Below are positions 53,620-64,000 of a stretch of 64,000 nt of DNA, piece after piece. The position numbers were made by a program, and so were the translations under genes. The notes under the pieces were generated by a model that did not search any database, was not told the origin of the DNA, and saw only the letters and a list, made by a program, of their open reading frames with translations. The first letter of the stretch is position 1; every line of letters begins with the position of its first letter. Source of the DNA: Octopus sinensis (taxonomy: Eukaryota); contig NC_042998.1 in assembly GCF_006345805.1 (NCBI RefSeq), positions 5,642,001 through 5,706,000 on the forward strand, read 5' to 3'.

Positions 53620-54020
53620 TTGGTTATGGAGTCAAATCATAATTCCTTGCTACCTTGTTTCCAAGCATTATGAAACAGACTAGATGACTGCTACACAAGG
53701 ATGCTACGAATAGCCCGAAATGTGAAACGGCAGCAACATATTAACAAACGAATGTCTTTATGGAGACCTGCCAAAAGTTAGCAAGAAGATCGGGCAAAGA
53801 CAGCTGCAATTATCTGGTCACTGCATGTGGCACCACTGAACTGGAAGCATCCAAAATAGTCCCGTGGAACTCACTTCCTGGAGATGTAAGAAGAGGAAAA
53901 GGTATTCATATTTACATTAACAACTTGATCACATTGACCGGCCTGCAATGAATCCAGGACCTCAAGGCAGTGATGTTGGACCAAGAAGTGTGGGAGGTGG
54001 ACATTGTTGCTGCAGTCTGG
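53620..54020 (+). pseudogene. Decayed RTE-related LINE C-terminal fragment
   Basis: RLDDCYTRMLRIARNV...LYGDLPKVSKKIGQRQLQLSGHC, related to 56058-56545. Confidence 0.7.
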
Positions 54021-54089
54021 GTTGGGACCTAACCATCAAAAAAAAAGATAAGGCAAAAGGTTTGTAAGTTGGCAGAATTAGTTCTTCTA

Positions 54090-54326
54090 ATAAGGTGGCG
54101 AGCTGGCAAAAATGTTAGCGTGTCGGGCAAAATGCTTATCGGTATTTCGTCTGCTGTTACGTTCTGAGTTCAAATTCTGCTGAGGTTGACTTTGCCTTAC
54201 ATCCTTTCGGGGGTCGATAAATTAAGTACCAGTTATTTCCCTGGGGTCGATGTAATCGACTTAATCCCTTTGTCTGTCCTTGTTTGTCCCCTCTATGTTT
54301 AGCCCCTTGTGGGCAATAAAGAAATA
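54090..54326 (+). mobile_element. SINE family B with 16-bp TSD
   Basis: TSD agaattagttcttcta at 54074-54089 and 54327-54342. Confidence 0.92.
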
Positions 54327-54494
54327 AGAATTAGTTCTTCTACTGCTGTGTTTGGTTTTCCACATTCTGAAATTGCAGGAGACACATCATACAATGCCAG
54401 CACAGCAGTTTTATAATGACAGCCAGTTGCCATTTTTACTATTGCCTTTTATCATGAAAGTAGTTCTTGGCATCTCCTTTGGAAATATTCATCA

Positions 54495-55200
54495 TTTTAC
54501 TTGTTGCAGTCATTAGACTGTGGCCATGCTGGGGCACCACCTTGAAGAGTTTAATTGAAGAAATCAACCCCAGTACTTAACTTTTAAGTTTGGTACTTAT
54601 TCTGTTGGTCTTTTTTGTCAAACTGCTAAGTTACAAGGACAGGAGCAAACCAATATCAGCAGTCAAGCAAGAACAAACACATGAACACACACACACACAG
54701 AAACACACACAAACACGCACATGCACACACACACACAAATGCACACATGCACACACACAAACACACATACACACATATAACAGACTTCCACAGTTTCTAT
54801 CTTCCGTTGCCAGCCTCGCCTGGCCTCCGTGCCGGTGGGACATAAAAAGCACCATCCGATCGTGGCCGTTTGCCAGCCTCGCTTGGCACCTGTGCCGGTG
54901 GCATGTAAAAAGCACCCACTACACTCACAGAGTGGTTGGCGTTAGGAAGGGCATCCAGCTGTAGAAACATTGCCAGATCAGACTGGGCCTGGTGCAGCCT
55001 CCTGGCTTCCCAGACCCCGATCGAACCGTCCAACCCATGCTAGCATGGAAAGCGGACACTAAACGATGATGAAATTCACTCACAAGGCATTGGTTGGCCC
55101 AGAGTTAGAGTAGAATCCACTAAACTAAGGTGCTGTACCATGGGACTGAACTGACAACCATGTGGTTGTAAAGCAGGCTTCTTAACCATAGAACCAAGCC
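54495..55200. mobile_element. Diverged SINE family A (minus) split by an RTE 3' UTR fragment (plus, about 54803-55072)
   Basis: Family A halves flank gccagcctcgcctggc...aaacgatgatga. Confidence 0.75.
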
Positions 55201-56057
55201 TGTGCCTACGTTTATGTGTAACATCTTGTTTCTAAATGTCGGCAAAGTCTGGTTGACTTCATACTTTCTTTGCACTGCGTTTTACAACAGAGAACACACT
55301 GTCACTACTTTTCACCTTCATGGTCGATGTATATACATCCAAAGGATACAAACACATCATCATATTCATGAAGTTTTTGTCTTGAATCATGAATCAGTAG
55401 TGTTTTCTTTTTCCATTTAAACATGTTAAATCTTTACTTGTATTTCCCATATTCTTTTCTTTTAATGTATTTCCAGTTTTTAACCATCAATTCATAATTA
55501 CCAGGGGATTACATAGTCAGATATATAAAGAATGATTTTTTTTCATTGATGTGGTTAATAGTATCATGTGGTTTGCTTGGTCGCTCGTGTTGAGCTCGTT
55601 AATAATGATATATTTTAAAGAGCTGAGTCACCTTCGTTGTCGTGTATCTGTGGAATGCCATTGGCTGTGTGAAGGATAACTCAAACAAACTCAAACAAAC
55701 CTTTAACTAATATTTATTACTGAACATGATATTATGTGTTTGGCTATTTACAATGATATCAATAATGCAGTTGCCTACAAGGAGGAGAGAAAAACCATGA
55801 CATGTCTGTAAAAGTTATTCAAGGGACATTGTATGAATCGGTCTGTCCGAGCACCTAAAATTGTTTGGACAAATGTCCCAAGTTGCCTCCTCGTAAGCTG
55901 AAAGTCATCTGCCTGCTAAGTTAGCTGCCAAAACAGTTTTTATGGAATGAAAAGAAGTTAAATTCTACAACATCCAAGAAGCTATATCACACCACAATTT
56001 CGTGCTGACAGTCAATTTATGTATGTATGTATGTATGTATGTATGTATGTATGTATG

Positions 56058-56545
56058 ACATGCATAAGATCTGGTCATCAAATCTAAGTAGAGACTTCAA
56101 ACTTGAAATCTTCAAAGCCACAGTCGAACCAATTCTACTATATGGCACAGAAACCTGGACGTTATCAAAGAAGCTTGAGAGGCGGTTGGAGGGAACCTAC
56201 ACTCGCCTCCTTATGAGAGCTCAAAATCTCTCGTGGAAGCGCCATCCAACCAAAATGCAAATATATGGGAAGCTACCACCTGTGTCATCTCTTGTGAAAG
56301 GTAAGAGAGTCCAGTTTGCTGGACATTGTTGTAGAGCTGAAAAAAGGTAATTTCTACTCTTCTCCTCTGGAAGCCATCTACTCGCAATACCAGAGGGCGC
56401 ACACTCTCCTACCCTGATGTAATCTCCAGGGATACAGGCATCCAGCAACAGAACCTCCGTAATGCCATGATGGACCATGAAGTCTGGCGTAGCATGGTAA
56501 ATTCCATTGTCTCGACCACGGTCGAACAATGATGATGATGATGAT
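56058..56545 (+). mobile_element. 5'-truncated RTE-related LINE 3' end with a (GAT)n tail
   Basis: KIWSSNLSRDFKLEIFKATVEPILLYGTETWTL...RLEGTYTRLLMRAQNLSW...FAGHC. Confidence 0.85.
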
Positions 56546-56547
56546 GT

Positions 56548-56930
56548 ATGTATGTATATCTGCAGACTTGTATGTTTTGCCTTGTGTATATAATCTAATG
56601 CATATAGTTGCATGTCTAGACAAGCTCATATATATTTAGATGATAAACTTCTGGAAAGTTTTACAGACTTTTACAGTTCCAGTGATGGACTGGATCTGTA
56701 GTCTTTGAATTACAGTAGCTTTCTCCTTTCTGATTTTGAGAAGCCTAATTTCTTAAGATTGGTATTTAGGCAGTGTGTTACATATCTCGGGCTCCCAAGA
56801 ATTACAGGTATAAACCGGAATTTGTAGTCTGGATAAAGTAACTTCAGATTTCTGAATAGTTCAGTGTAGGTATTCTCTTTTTCTCTGATCTAGAATTTGC
56901 ATTATGTTATATATACAATAATAATAAAGG
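56548..56930 (-). mobile_element. RLE-type (R4-like) LINE 3' end, tail-to-tail with the previous element
   Basis: ENTYTELFRNLKLLYPDYKFRFIPVILGS...LKKLGF...LQIQSITGTVKVCKTFQKF*. The 3' UTR gacatgcaactatatgcat is shared with 61930. Confidence 0.7.
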
Positions 56931-56936
56931 ATGTTA

Positions 56937-57099
56937 CCGTATACATTTTTACAAACCAAGGACGTTATATAGACCTCCTTGACTCAAGTTAGAGAAGGGA
57001 TGCGTATTATACACAAGGTTTAGGTTTTTCAGAGGTACAACCCACTAAAAATCCCCTGCATATTATACTCAAGGGCGGACTATACTTGAAATGTTACGG
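56937..57099. mobile_element. pogo/Tc2-like MITE
   Basis: TA|CCGTA...TACGG|TA termini with a partially extended inverted match. Confidence 0.5.
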
Positions 57100-57652
57100 T
57101 ACTGCTTATTTTACCTACTGTAATGCTCAGCTCATATCCTATAATCATGTTTGTTTAGCAGAAGCTGGATTTTGCCTGTTTAAATTACCATCCATTTGAC
57201 TAACAAACATCCATAGTAACATACCGACTCCTTAAACTCAATTATATTATAAAATCAAGTCACATGCAATGGTTGGTTGTAACAAACAAATGGATTATTT
57301 TGCAATGCACATCAAAATGCTGTAAATTTTCAGCGTTTTCATTGTCATTACTTCATTGCTATGTTTATGATGGCTTAGGTAAAAATATATCATCTATACT
57401 TAAAGAAGAAATATTTGGAAATCTAATGCTAAATACAAACGGTACATAATTATCCTGGCTTTCAAATCTAGTAACAGACTGCTTGTATATACACCAACAT
57501 AAATTCATAATGTCTGTCTGTATATACACAAGAATAAATAGAATGTTCCAATGGATAAAATGAACTCACCCACTGACATTTCTCTGGAAACTATTTTATT
57601 CATCTTGAACATTCAAATCAAGCTCAATTTTTTATTATTATTATATATACAC

Positions 57653-57905
57653 AGTGGAGGCACGTGGCTTAGTGGTTAGGGTGTCAGCATCATGATCATA
57701 AGATTGTGGTTTCGATTCCTGGACCGAGTGATGCGTTGTGTTCTTGAGCAAAACACTCCATTTCACGTTGCTCCAGTCCACTCAGCTGGCAAAAATGAGT
57801 AACACTGTGATGGACTGGTGTCCCATCCAGCTTGGGAACACATACGCCATAGAAACCGGGAAACCGGGCCCATGAGCATGGCTAGGCTTTAAAAGGGCGC
57901 ATTCA
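57653..57905 (+). mobile_element. tRNA-derived SINE with the CORE-like centre and a different tail
   Basis: A box tggcttagtggttag, B box ggtttcgattcc, cttgagcaaaacactccatttcacgttgctccagtccactcagc, then gatggactggtgtcccatccag. Confidence 0.75.
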
Positions 57906-57929
57906 TTATTATTATTTTTATATATGCTT

Positions 57930-58145
57930 AAAAGGACGGTGAACTGGCAGAATCGTTAGCATGCCGGGCAAAATGCTTAGTAGGATTACATCTGCCGCTA
58001 CGTTCTGAGTTCAAATTCTGCTGAGGTCAACTTTGCTTTTCATCCTTTTGGGATCGATGAAATAAGTACCAATTGAGTACTGGGGTCGATGTAATCGACT
58101 ACCCCCTCCCCCAAATTTCAAGATTTGTACCTATTGTAGAAAGGA
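57930..58145 (+). mobile_element. SINE family B, diverged variant
   Basis: ggtgaactggcagaatcgttagc...gagttcaaattc...gtcgatgtaatcgact. Confidence 0.8.
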
Positions 58146-58169
58146 TTATATATTTGCATACATACATAA

Positions 58170-58435
58170 GTGTGAAGGTATGTGGCTAAGTGGTTAGAGC
58201 ATCGGGCTCAGAATAATGAAGTAATGAGTTCAATTCCAAGACCTGGCTGTGTGTTGCGTTCTTGAGCAAGACACTTTATTTAACGTTGTTCCAGTTCACT
58301 CAGCTGTAAAAATGAGTTGCAACATCACAGGTGCCAAGCTGTATTGGCCTTTGCCCAGACTTTTACCTTGGAGGGTAAATTTTTAGGTGCAGTCCCATGG
58401 TTGTTCATGACCGAAAGGAGTCTTTACCCTTTACA
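58170..58435 (+). mobile_element. tRNA-derived SINE with the same centre and a third tail
   Basis: tggctaagtggttagagc, gagttcaattcc, cttgagcaagacactttatttaacgttgttccagttcactcagc, then caacatcacaggtgccaagc. Confidence 0.7.
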
Positions 58436-58847
58436 CACACATGACAAAGATGACTATATTAAGACCAATAGGTGAAAAGAATATTGATGGAACTTAAAAG
58501 TTAAAATAGCCACCAGGTTAAGGTACAACTGGTCTGATATTGTTGTGTGGGACTACAAGGAAAATATATGTTCTGGTGTGGAAATCAGTTGCCCTCTGGA
58601 CATCTGTGTTGTTAGAAATATACAAGAGAAAGGGGACATTGATAAGGAATTTGCAAATCCAGGACCCAAGATGGACACTCAGTTTCTTACATATTATTCT
58701 TTGAGCAATGGGACACATACCAACTCAGCTGGAGCAAAGTATGGCTAAACTCGGGTTCTTAGGGAGAGAACATAAATCCTTAATTGATTCACTACAAATA
58801 GTCAAAATATTTGGGACTATATTCTGCAAGAATTTTTTAAGATTTAA

Positions 58848-59068
58848 CCCTTTAGTGTTCACATTATTCTGCCAAAATTAATGCTTTTTCATCCACTTTG
58901 TTTTGAACTAATCATGCATTATCTTGTAGCTATGAGATTTTGATGAGGTAGCTGTTAATTTTTAAAACGATAGTGTAGGGTTGGTGTGAGAGACCAGATC
59001 TGGCCAGTTTGAACATAAAACAGGCAGAATACTTTCGGCCGGATATGGCCGGTTTAAATGCTAAAGAG
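58848..59068. mobile_element. piggyBac-type MITE
   Basis: TTAA at 58844-58847 and 59069-59072, with TIRs ccctttagtgttca and the reverse complement ctctttagcattta. Confidence 0.8.
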
Positions 59069-59179
59069 TTAAAGGATGATGAAATAAAACAAGATGCTTT
59101 CCTTCACCCTTGCTAACAAGCTGGTGGCCAGTAAATATTTATTCTAAGTTAAAAAAAGAAAGGAGACGGACACATGAAT

Positions 59180-59468
59180 ACATTCACAAACACACACACA
59201 CACATGAATGCACACGCACACACACACACACATACATACATACATACATACATACATACATACATACATACATACACATACATACACACATACACACATA
59301 CATACATACATACACACACATACATACATACATACACACATACACACATACATACACACACATACATACATACATACATACATACATACATACATACATA
59401 CATACATACATACATACATACATACATACATACATACATACATACATACATACATACATGCATACACA
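59180..59468. repeat. (CA)n/(CATA)n array
   Basis: Directly visible. Confidence 0.95.
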
Positions 59469-60699
59469 CAGGGTATGTAAGATATTTGAGGACAGATTTA
59501 TGTTTATTGAAAACATATATATAATAACAGATATTAACTTTTTTTTAAATCAAAAAGTGCTATGAGGATGAAATAAACCTTCTTTTCTATAATGTTATTC
59601 AATAAAGCCACCTTCAGCTTCAACAACTGCTTCTATATGAGATCTAAATCACCTACATGCTCAAATCATGTAGTCCTGGTTCATTTTGGACATTACTCTG
59701 ACTATGGTAGCTTTCATAGAATCTTTGGTGTGTTCATTGACCTCTCTCTCAACAATGCTCCACATGTAATAGTCTGATGGATTGAGATCTGGGGAATCAG
59801 GAGGCCAAATGTTAGGGGGTTATGTGATCATGAACATTTTCAACCATCCATTCCTGTGTTACTAGAGCCATGTGTGATAGTGCAGAGTCTTACTGAAACA
59901 CATATGGCCTTCCATAGCATACACTGTCAATCCAGGGCTTAACAATTATTTCCAGAGCCTCAATGTAGGCAGCAGAGTTAACTCTAAGGCCTTGTGAAAA
60001 GAAGTAAGGAGACATCACATGTCCTTCATTGCTGACAACCCCTAAAACCATGATAGTTGCAGGAAATTTTGTATGCATAACACTTAGAACTTCAGAAGGG
60101 TTTGCATATAACAATCTGTCATTTCTTCAGTTAACTTTTTGATCTTGGTCGAAGTTTTTTTCGTTTGAGAAAAACCAAATCAAATCTTTTTTCTGATGGA
60201 TTTTTCAGTTTGTTTAAGAGCCTTTTACACCTGATGTAGTGATTTTCTTTTGGTTTTTTTCTGACAAATTGCCCTTTCCTCATCATATAAGACTTATACC
60301 TCATGTCTTCATGGACAACATTTCTGACTGTTCCTTCTGACACTTGGAGATCTTTTGCAATTGACCTCATGGACTTTCTGAGATTGTAATCAATGGTCTG
60401 TTGAACTTGCTGGATAAATTCAAGTGTTCTCATGATTTCAGAGTGTTTAGAATGCATTTTATGCTTTGATACTGGGGATATATTTACAGCTTCCAGCTTC
60501 TGGCAATTTTTAAAAATCGAGATATTTCTAAATCACTATGCTCAGCCTTTATAACCACAATAATAGCATGCCTCTTCCTTTCTTGAGTTAGCTGAGGGTC
60601 TGCCATTATTATTTTCTAAAACAAAGATTATTCAGAGTTAGTAAAAAATGCAGCAATGGTCCAAAAAAAGGTTTGTTCTCAAATACCTTATACACCTTG
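59469..60699 (-). mobile_element. Decayed maT/DD37D-type Tc1/mariner transposon
   Basis: 26-bp TIRs (59469-59494 and 60674-60699) with 5 transitions. Transposase remnants SMRSIAKDLQVSEGTVRNVVHEDMRYKSY, KFPATIMVLGVVSNEGHVM, GRPYVFQ*DS and WPPDSPDLNPSDY. Confidence 0.88.
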
Positions 60700-60744
60700 T
60701 ACAAAGCAGAATTGGCAAACAGAATGGCAAGAATTGACAAGATT

Positions 60745-60957
60745 ACTCTTTTATTCTTTTACTTGCTTCAGTCATTTGACTGTGGTCCTGCTGGAGCACC
60801 GCCTTTAGTCAAGCAAATCGACCCCAAGACTTATTCTTTGTAAGCCTAGTACTTATTCTATCGGTCTCTTTTGCCGAACCACTAAATTACGGGTACGTAA
60901 ACACACCAGCATCGGTTGTCAAGCGATGTTGGGGGGACAAACACAGACACACAAACA

Positions 60958-60997
<40 letters not shown>

Positions 60998-61170
60998 CAT
61001 ATATACGACGGGCTTCTTTCAGTTTCCGTCTACCAAATCCACTCACAAGGCTTTGGTCGGCCCAAGGCTATAGTAGAAGACACTTGCCCAAGGTGCCATG
61101 CAGTGGGACTGAACCCGGAACTATGTGGTTCGTAAGCAAGCTACTTACCACACAGCCACTCCAACGCCTA
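60745..61170 (-). mobile_element. SINE family A, full length
   Basis: Complete family A match. Confidence 0.9.
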
Positions 61171-61689
61171 TGGTTGTTTAATTTAGTCACATAATAAAAG
61201 GTTTAAATAGTCTCTTTATTATTTAGCTAAATAAAATGCCCTTTCAAGTCTTACCAAACCATTTTCCTTTTCGTTTCTGTTTTAGTCTATACCCACCGAC
61301 TCACAGAGAAGCCACTTCTAGTCGCTTTAGAAAGGACAGTCACAAAATCACATCTTCGATTGCAGCTCAAACTGTAATTCTTGTGGCATACCAATTTGAG
61401 CACTCAGTGCTCATACCTATTAGTTTGGGTTACCCTGATTGAAATTCCTCATACTTTTTACATGCATATATATGTACATATATACACACATACATTGCAT
61501 CTCAAAGAGACAAGTTGCGTATTTGGTGTGGGAGACTACTTATTGAAAATATGACGAATGCTATCTCCAACTTTGAAGCCACAACTATCAGACTTTTAAA
61601 TAACTGGCTAATCTTCAGATGAATTAACTTAAGGAGCCTTTTATACAAGATCATAGCGATTTTCAACTGAGACTTGAATTTACTATGCA

Positions 61690-62110
61690 GAGAGTCACTA
61701 CAAACAACATGATGGACACACCGTCAACAACACTGCCAAAGAACAGAATGAAAACAACAGCTCAACAGGCAAAGAAATTCTTTCCAGCTGTAGTTATAGA
61801 AGTAACCATAACAACAAAATTCATTTCTCTTTGAGTTATGAATTGAATACTGATTTATTTCACTGTTATAAAAGAGCAAAACAAAACCCCGCTGTTGGAT
61901 ATATGAATGAATTGCGTATGAGAATGTCTCGACATGCAACTATATGCATGAGAATAACATACGTAATACAAAACTCACAAATCTGCACATATACATACAT
62001 GCAAAAATACCCTGTTCCTGTTGTTGAAATTCCAATGAAGGAGCTTTGGATCTAAGTTTTAGAAGGTGTCTCTCTATTGGCAAATCTTGAAATAAAACTG
62101 AATAATGACA
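61690..62110 (+). mobile_element. Probable internally deleted R4-like LINE: N-terminal ORF piece fused to a 3' UTR with a (CATA)n tail
   Basis: SYELNTDLFHCYKRAKQNPAVGYMNEL resembles R4 N-termini as recalled. The 3' UTR is shared with 56548-56620 and 23067-23110. Confidence 0.45.
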
Positions 62111-62196
62111 TACATACATACATACACACATGCATGCATACATACATACATACATGCATACATACATACATACATACATACATACATACATACATA

Positions 62197-62580
62197 CGTA
62201 CGTGGTGGCTGCCCCCTCGTTATCAAGTATGGCCATTGCACGAAGCTTAATCAATGTTGTTATCGTGCGATGCCTGTGCAAGAAGATTTTTTTTAAAGTG
62301 AGGAAAGGCTGTGCACAGAGTCAATCCCACTCACTAAGCAACAGCAGCCATAATCCGAAAAGAAGAACAAGTCAACATCATTGGTAACCACTGAGCCGCA
62401 GGTTTTATGTCGGAGTTATCCCAGTTACCTGAGTTACCTTCTCCTAGAAGGATGTCCTAACAAAGGCTAGGAGTCCTTCAATCCCAATGGTTTAATCGCA
62501 CGATCGGGTATTCAGTCCGATTATTTCTATGCCCCTGCACATGATACAGCCTTAAGACATTTATTGGATGGCCGTTGACA
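62197..62580 (-). mobile_element. Probable non-autonomous retroposon with an RTE-5'-UTR-like motif, flanked by (CATA)n
   Basis: Minus strand ggactcctagcctttgttaggacatccttctaggagaaggtaactc resembles recalled RTE leader motifs and forms a ctcctag/ctaggag stem. Confidence 0.4.
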
Positions 62581-63279
62581 CACATACATACATACATGGT
62601 GGAAGTCAACTGATAATTAAGTAAGATCACTTCTTAAAATCAAGAATCTAAAAAGTTCCTGTATGTGAATTTGTTTTGAGTGGGTAAAGTGTTGCACATG
62701 ACAGAACTCACTTTCAGTACAAACGGCTTTAACACCAGTGATAAAAACGTAAATTGAGATATTCCAGAAACCAGCTGCACTTCAGGTTTTTGGGGTTTTT
62801 TTATATACAAGTTTACTTTCTTCTAGAAGGGAGTTCAGATGACAACTAAGGATCCTTCACCCCTGGTTATCAATATACTAGTTAACCTAAGGTAGAGAGC
62901 TAGCAGAACCATTACCCCACTGGACAAAATGTTGAGGGTATTTTCAAGTTAAAGGAAAGTTTGAGATGTATTGTGCAACAAAATAGTTCATATTTGGTTG
63001 ATTAAAAATGAAATGGTATGTATTTATTGACCTTTTTCTTTCCTTTAAAAATCGGCAGAAGCTTTCCAGACAATCCAATATTTTGATTCTGCATGATGCA
63101 AAGTCATTAGCAGATGAAAGTTTTCTTAAAGTATAAATCATGTGTAAGAAAGAAATTAGGATATGGCTAGCCATGGAATGCTCATGGAAAAGCTTAATAA
63201 AATCTGGTGCAGTAAAAGTGTCCAAACTAAGTTAAAAATAATTGGGGTGTGAGTGCTCATTCGGCCAATAGGCATTTAG

Positions 63280-63680
63280 GGTTGCAAAGCATGGACTTTG
63301 AATAAATTTGAAGGGAACACAATCAATGTGTTTGAAATGTGGGTGTATAGGAGAACGTTATGAATCTTTTACAAGGATTATTATATAAATGAATGGATGT
63401 TACATGTAGGGGAAAGACAATGACTTCTGAATATTGCTAAAAAGCAAAAGTTCATCTATTATAGCCATATTTGTAGAAATAAAGATCTGGAAAGCATTAC
63501 CGTGGAAGGAAGACGAGGAGTGGGTTGCAGATGAAGGAGCAGGCAAAGTATACAATGGATGGACAATATCAAGAGCTGTTTGAACAAGAGTGGCAAAGCA
63601 GCTGGAGAACTTATTCTTTATCGAGGAGGCTTCTGTTGTCGTGTCATCAATGCACTGAAGGTTTATAATGATGATGAAGA
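63280..63680 (+). pseudogene. Old RTE-type LINE C-terminal fragment
   Basis: AWTLNK...INVFEMWVYRR...LLNIAKKQKFIYYSHI...EGRRG...QWMDNIK. Confidence 0.7.
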
Positions 63681-63769
63681 AAGTAGAATCATGCACAAGA
63701 GAGGATATCTTTGTATTCAATATGCTACAAATTGAGGACAGCAAGCTAGCAGAAACATTAGCATGCTCA

Positions 63770-64000
63770 AGGCGGCGCGCCGGCAGAATCGTTAACATGC
63801 TGGAGGAAATGCTTAACGGTATTTCGTCTGCCGTTACGTTCTGAGTTCAAATTTCACCAAGGTCGACTTTGCCTTTCATCCTTTTGGGGTCAATAAATTA
63901 AGTACCAGTTACGCACTGGGGTCGATGTAATCGACTTTATGCCTTTGTCTGTCTTTGTTTGTCCCCTCTATGTTTAGCCCTTGTGGGTAGTAAAGAAATA
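63770..64000 (+). mobile_element. SINE family B
   Basis: Family B match up to the gtgggtagtaaagaaata tail at the window edge. Confidence 0.88.

Noticed and set aside
62025-62075. Possible hammerhead in the CATA-tailed LINE 3' UTR (gaaaccgatt at about 23058)
   Set aside because: No CUGANGA-like core with a valid 3/8 pair could be placed.

Overview
AT-rich, microsatellite-saturated eukaryotic genomic DNA, most likely from an octopus or another coleoid cephalopod (inferred from recalled repeat families, not confirmed by search). No intact protein-coding gene is evident, and nearly every ORF in the track is an artefact of (TA)n, (CATA)n, (AAT)n or (GAT)n arrays. The window is a nested mosaic of mobile elements: about 25 copies or fragments of a tRNA/CORE-like SINE (family A), a second SINE (family B) with 12-16 bp TSDs, modular SINEs, RTE, CR1 and R4/Dong LINE fragments, a near-complete decayed Penelope-like element (36.4-40.9 kb), mariner, maT/DD37D and Buster-hAT relics, Tc1, pogo and piggyBac MITEs, and two non-autonomous Helitrons. 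The main hidden signal is eight complete-looking minimal type-I hammerhead-ribozyme motifs (plus partial ones) from at least five families, folded by eye and untested. Several have non-canonical cores: a G3-C8 swap, an A3-U8 swap and A6U. One sits inside a tRNA-headed SINE, and three inversion junctions fall at or just beside hammerhead motifs. A low-confidence chain of + strand exons, including two microexons, may be the 3' end of a host gene at 6-14.6 kb.
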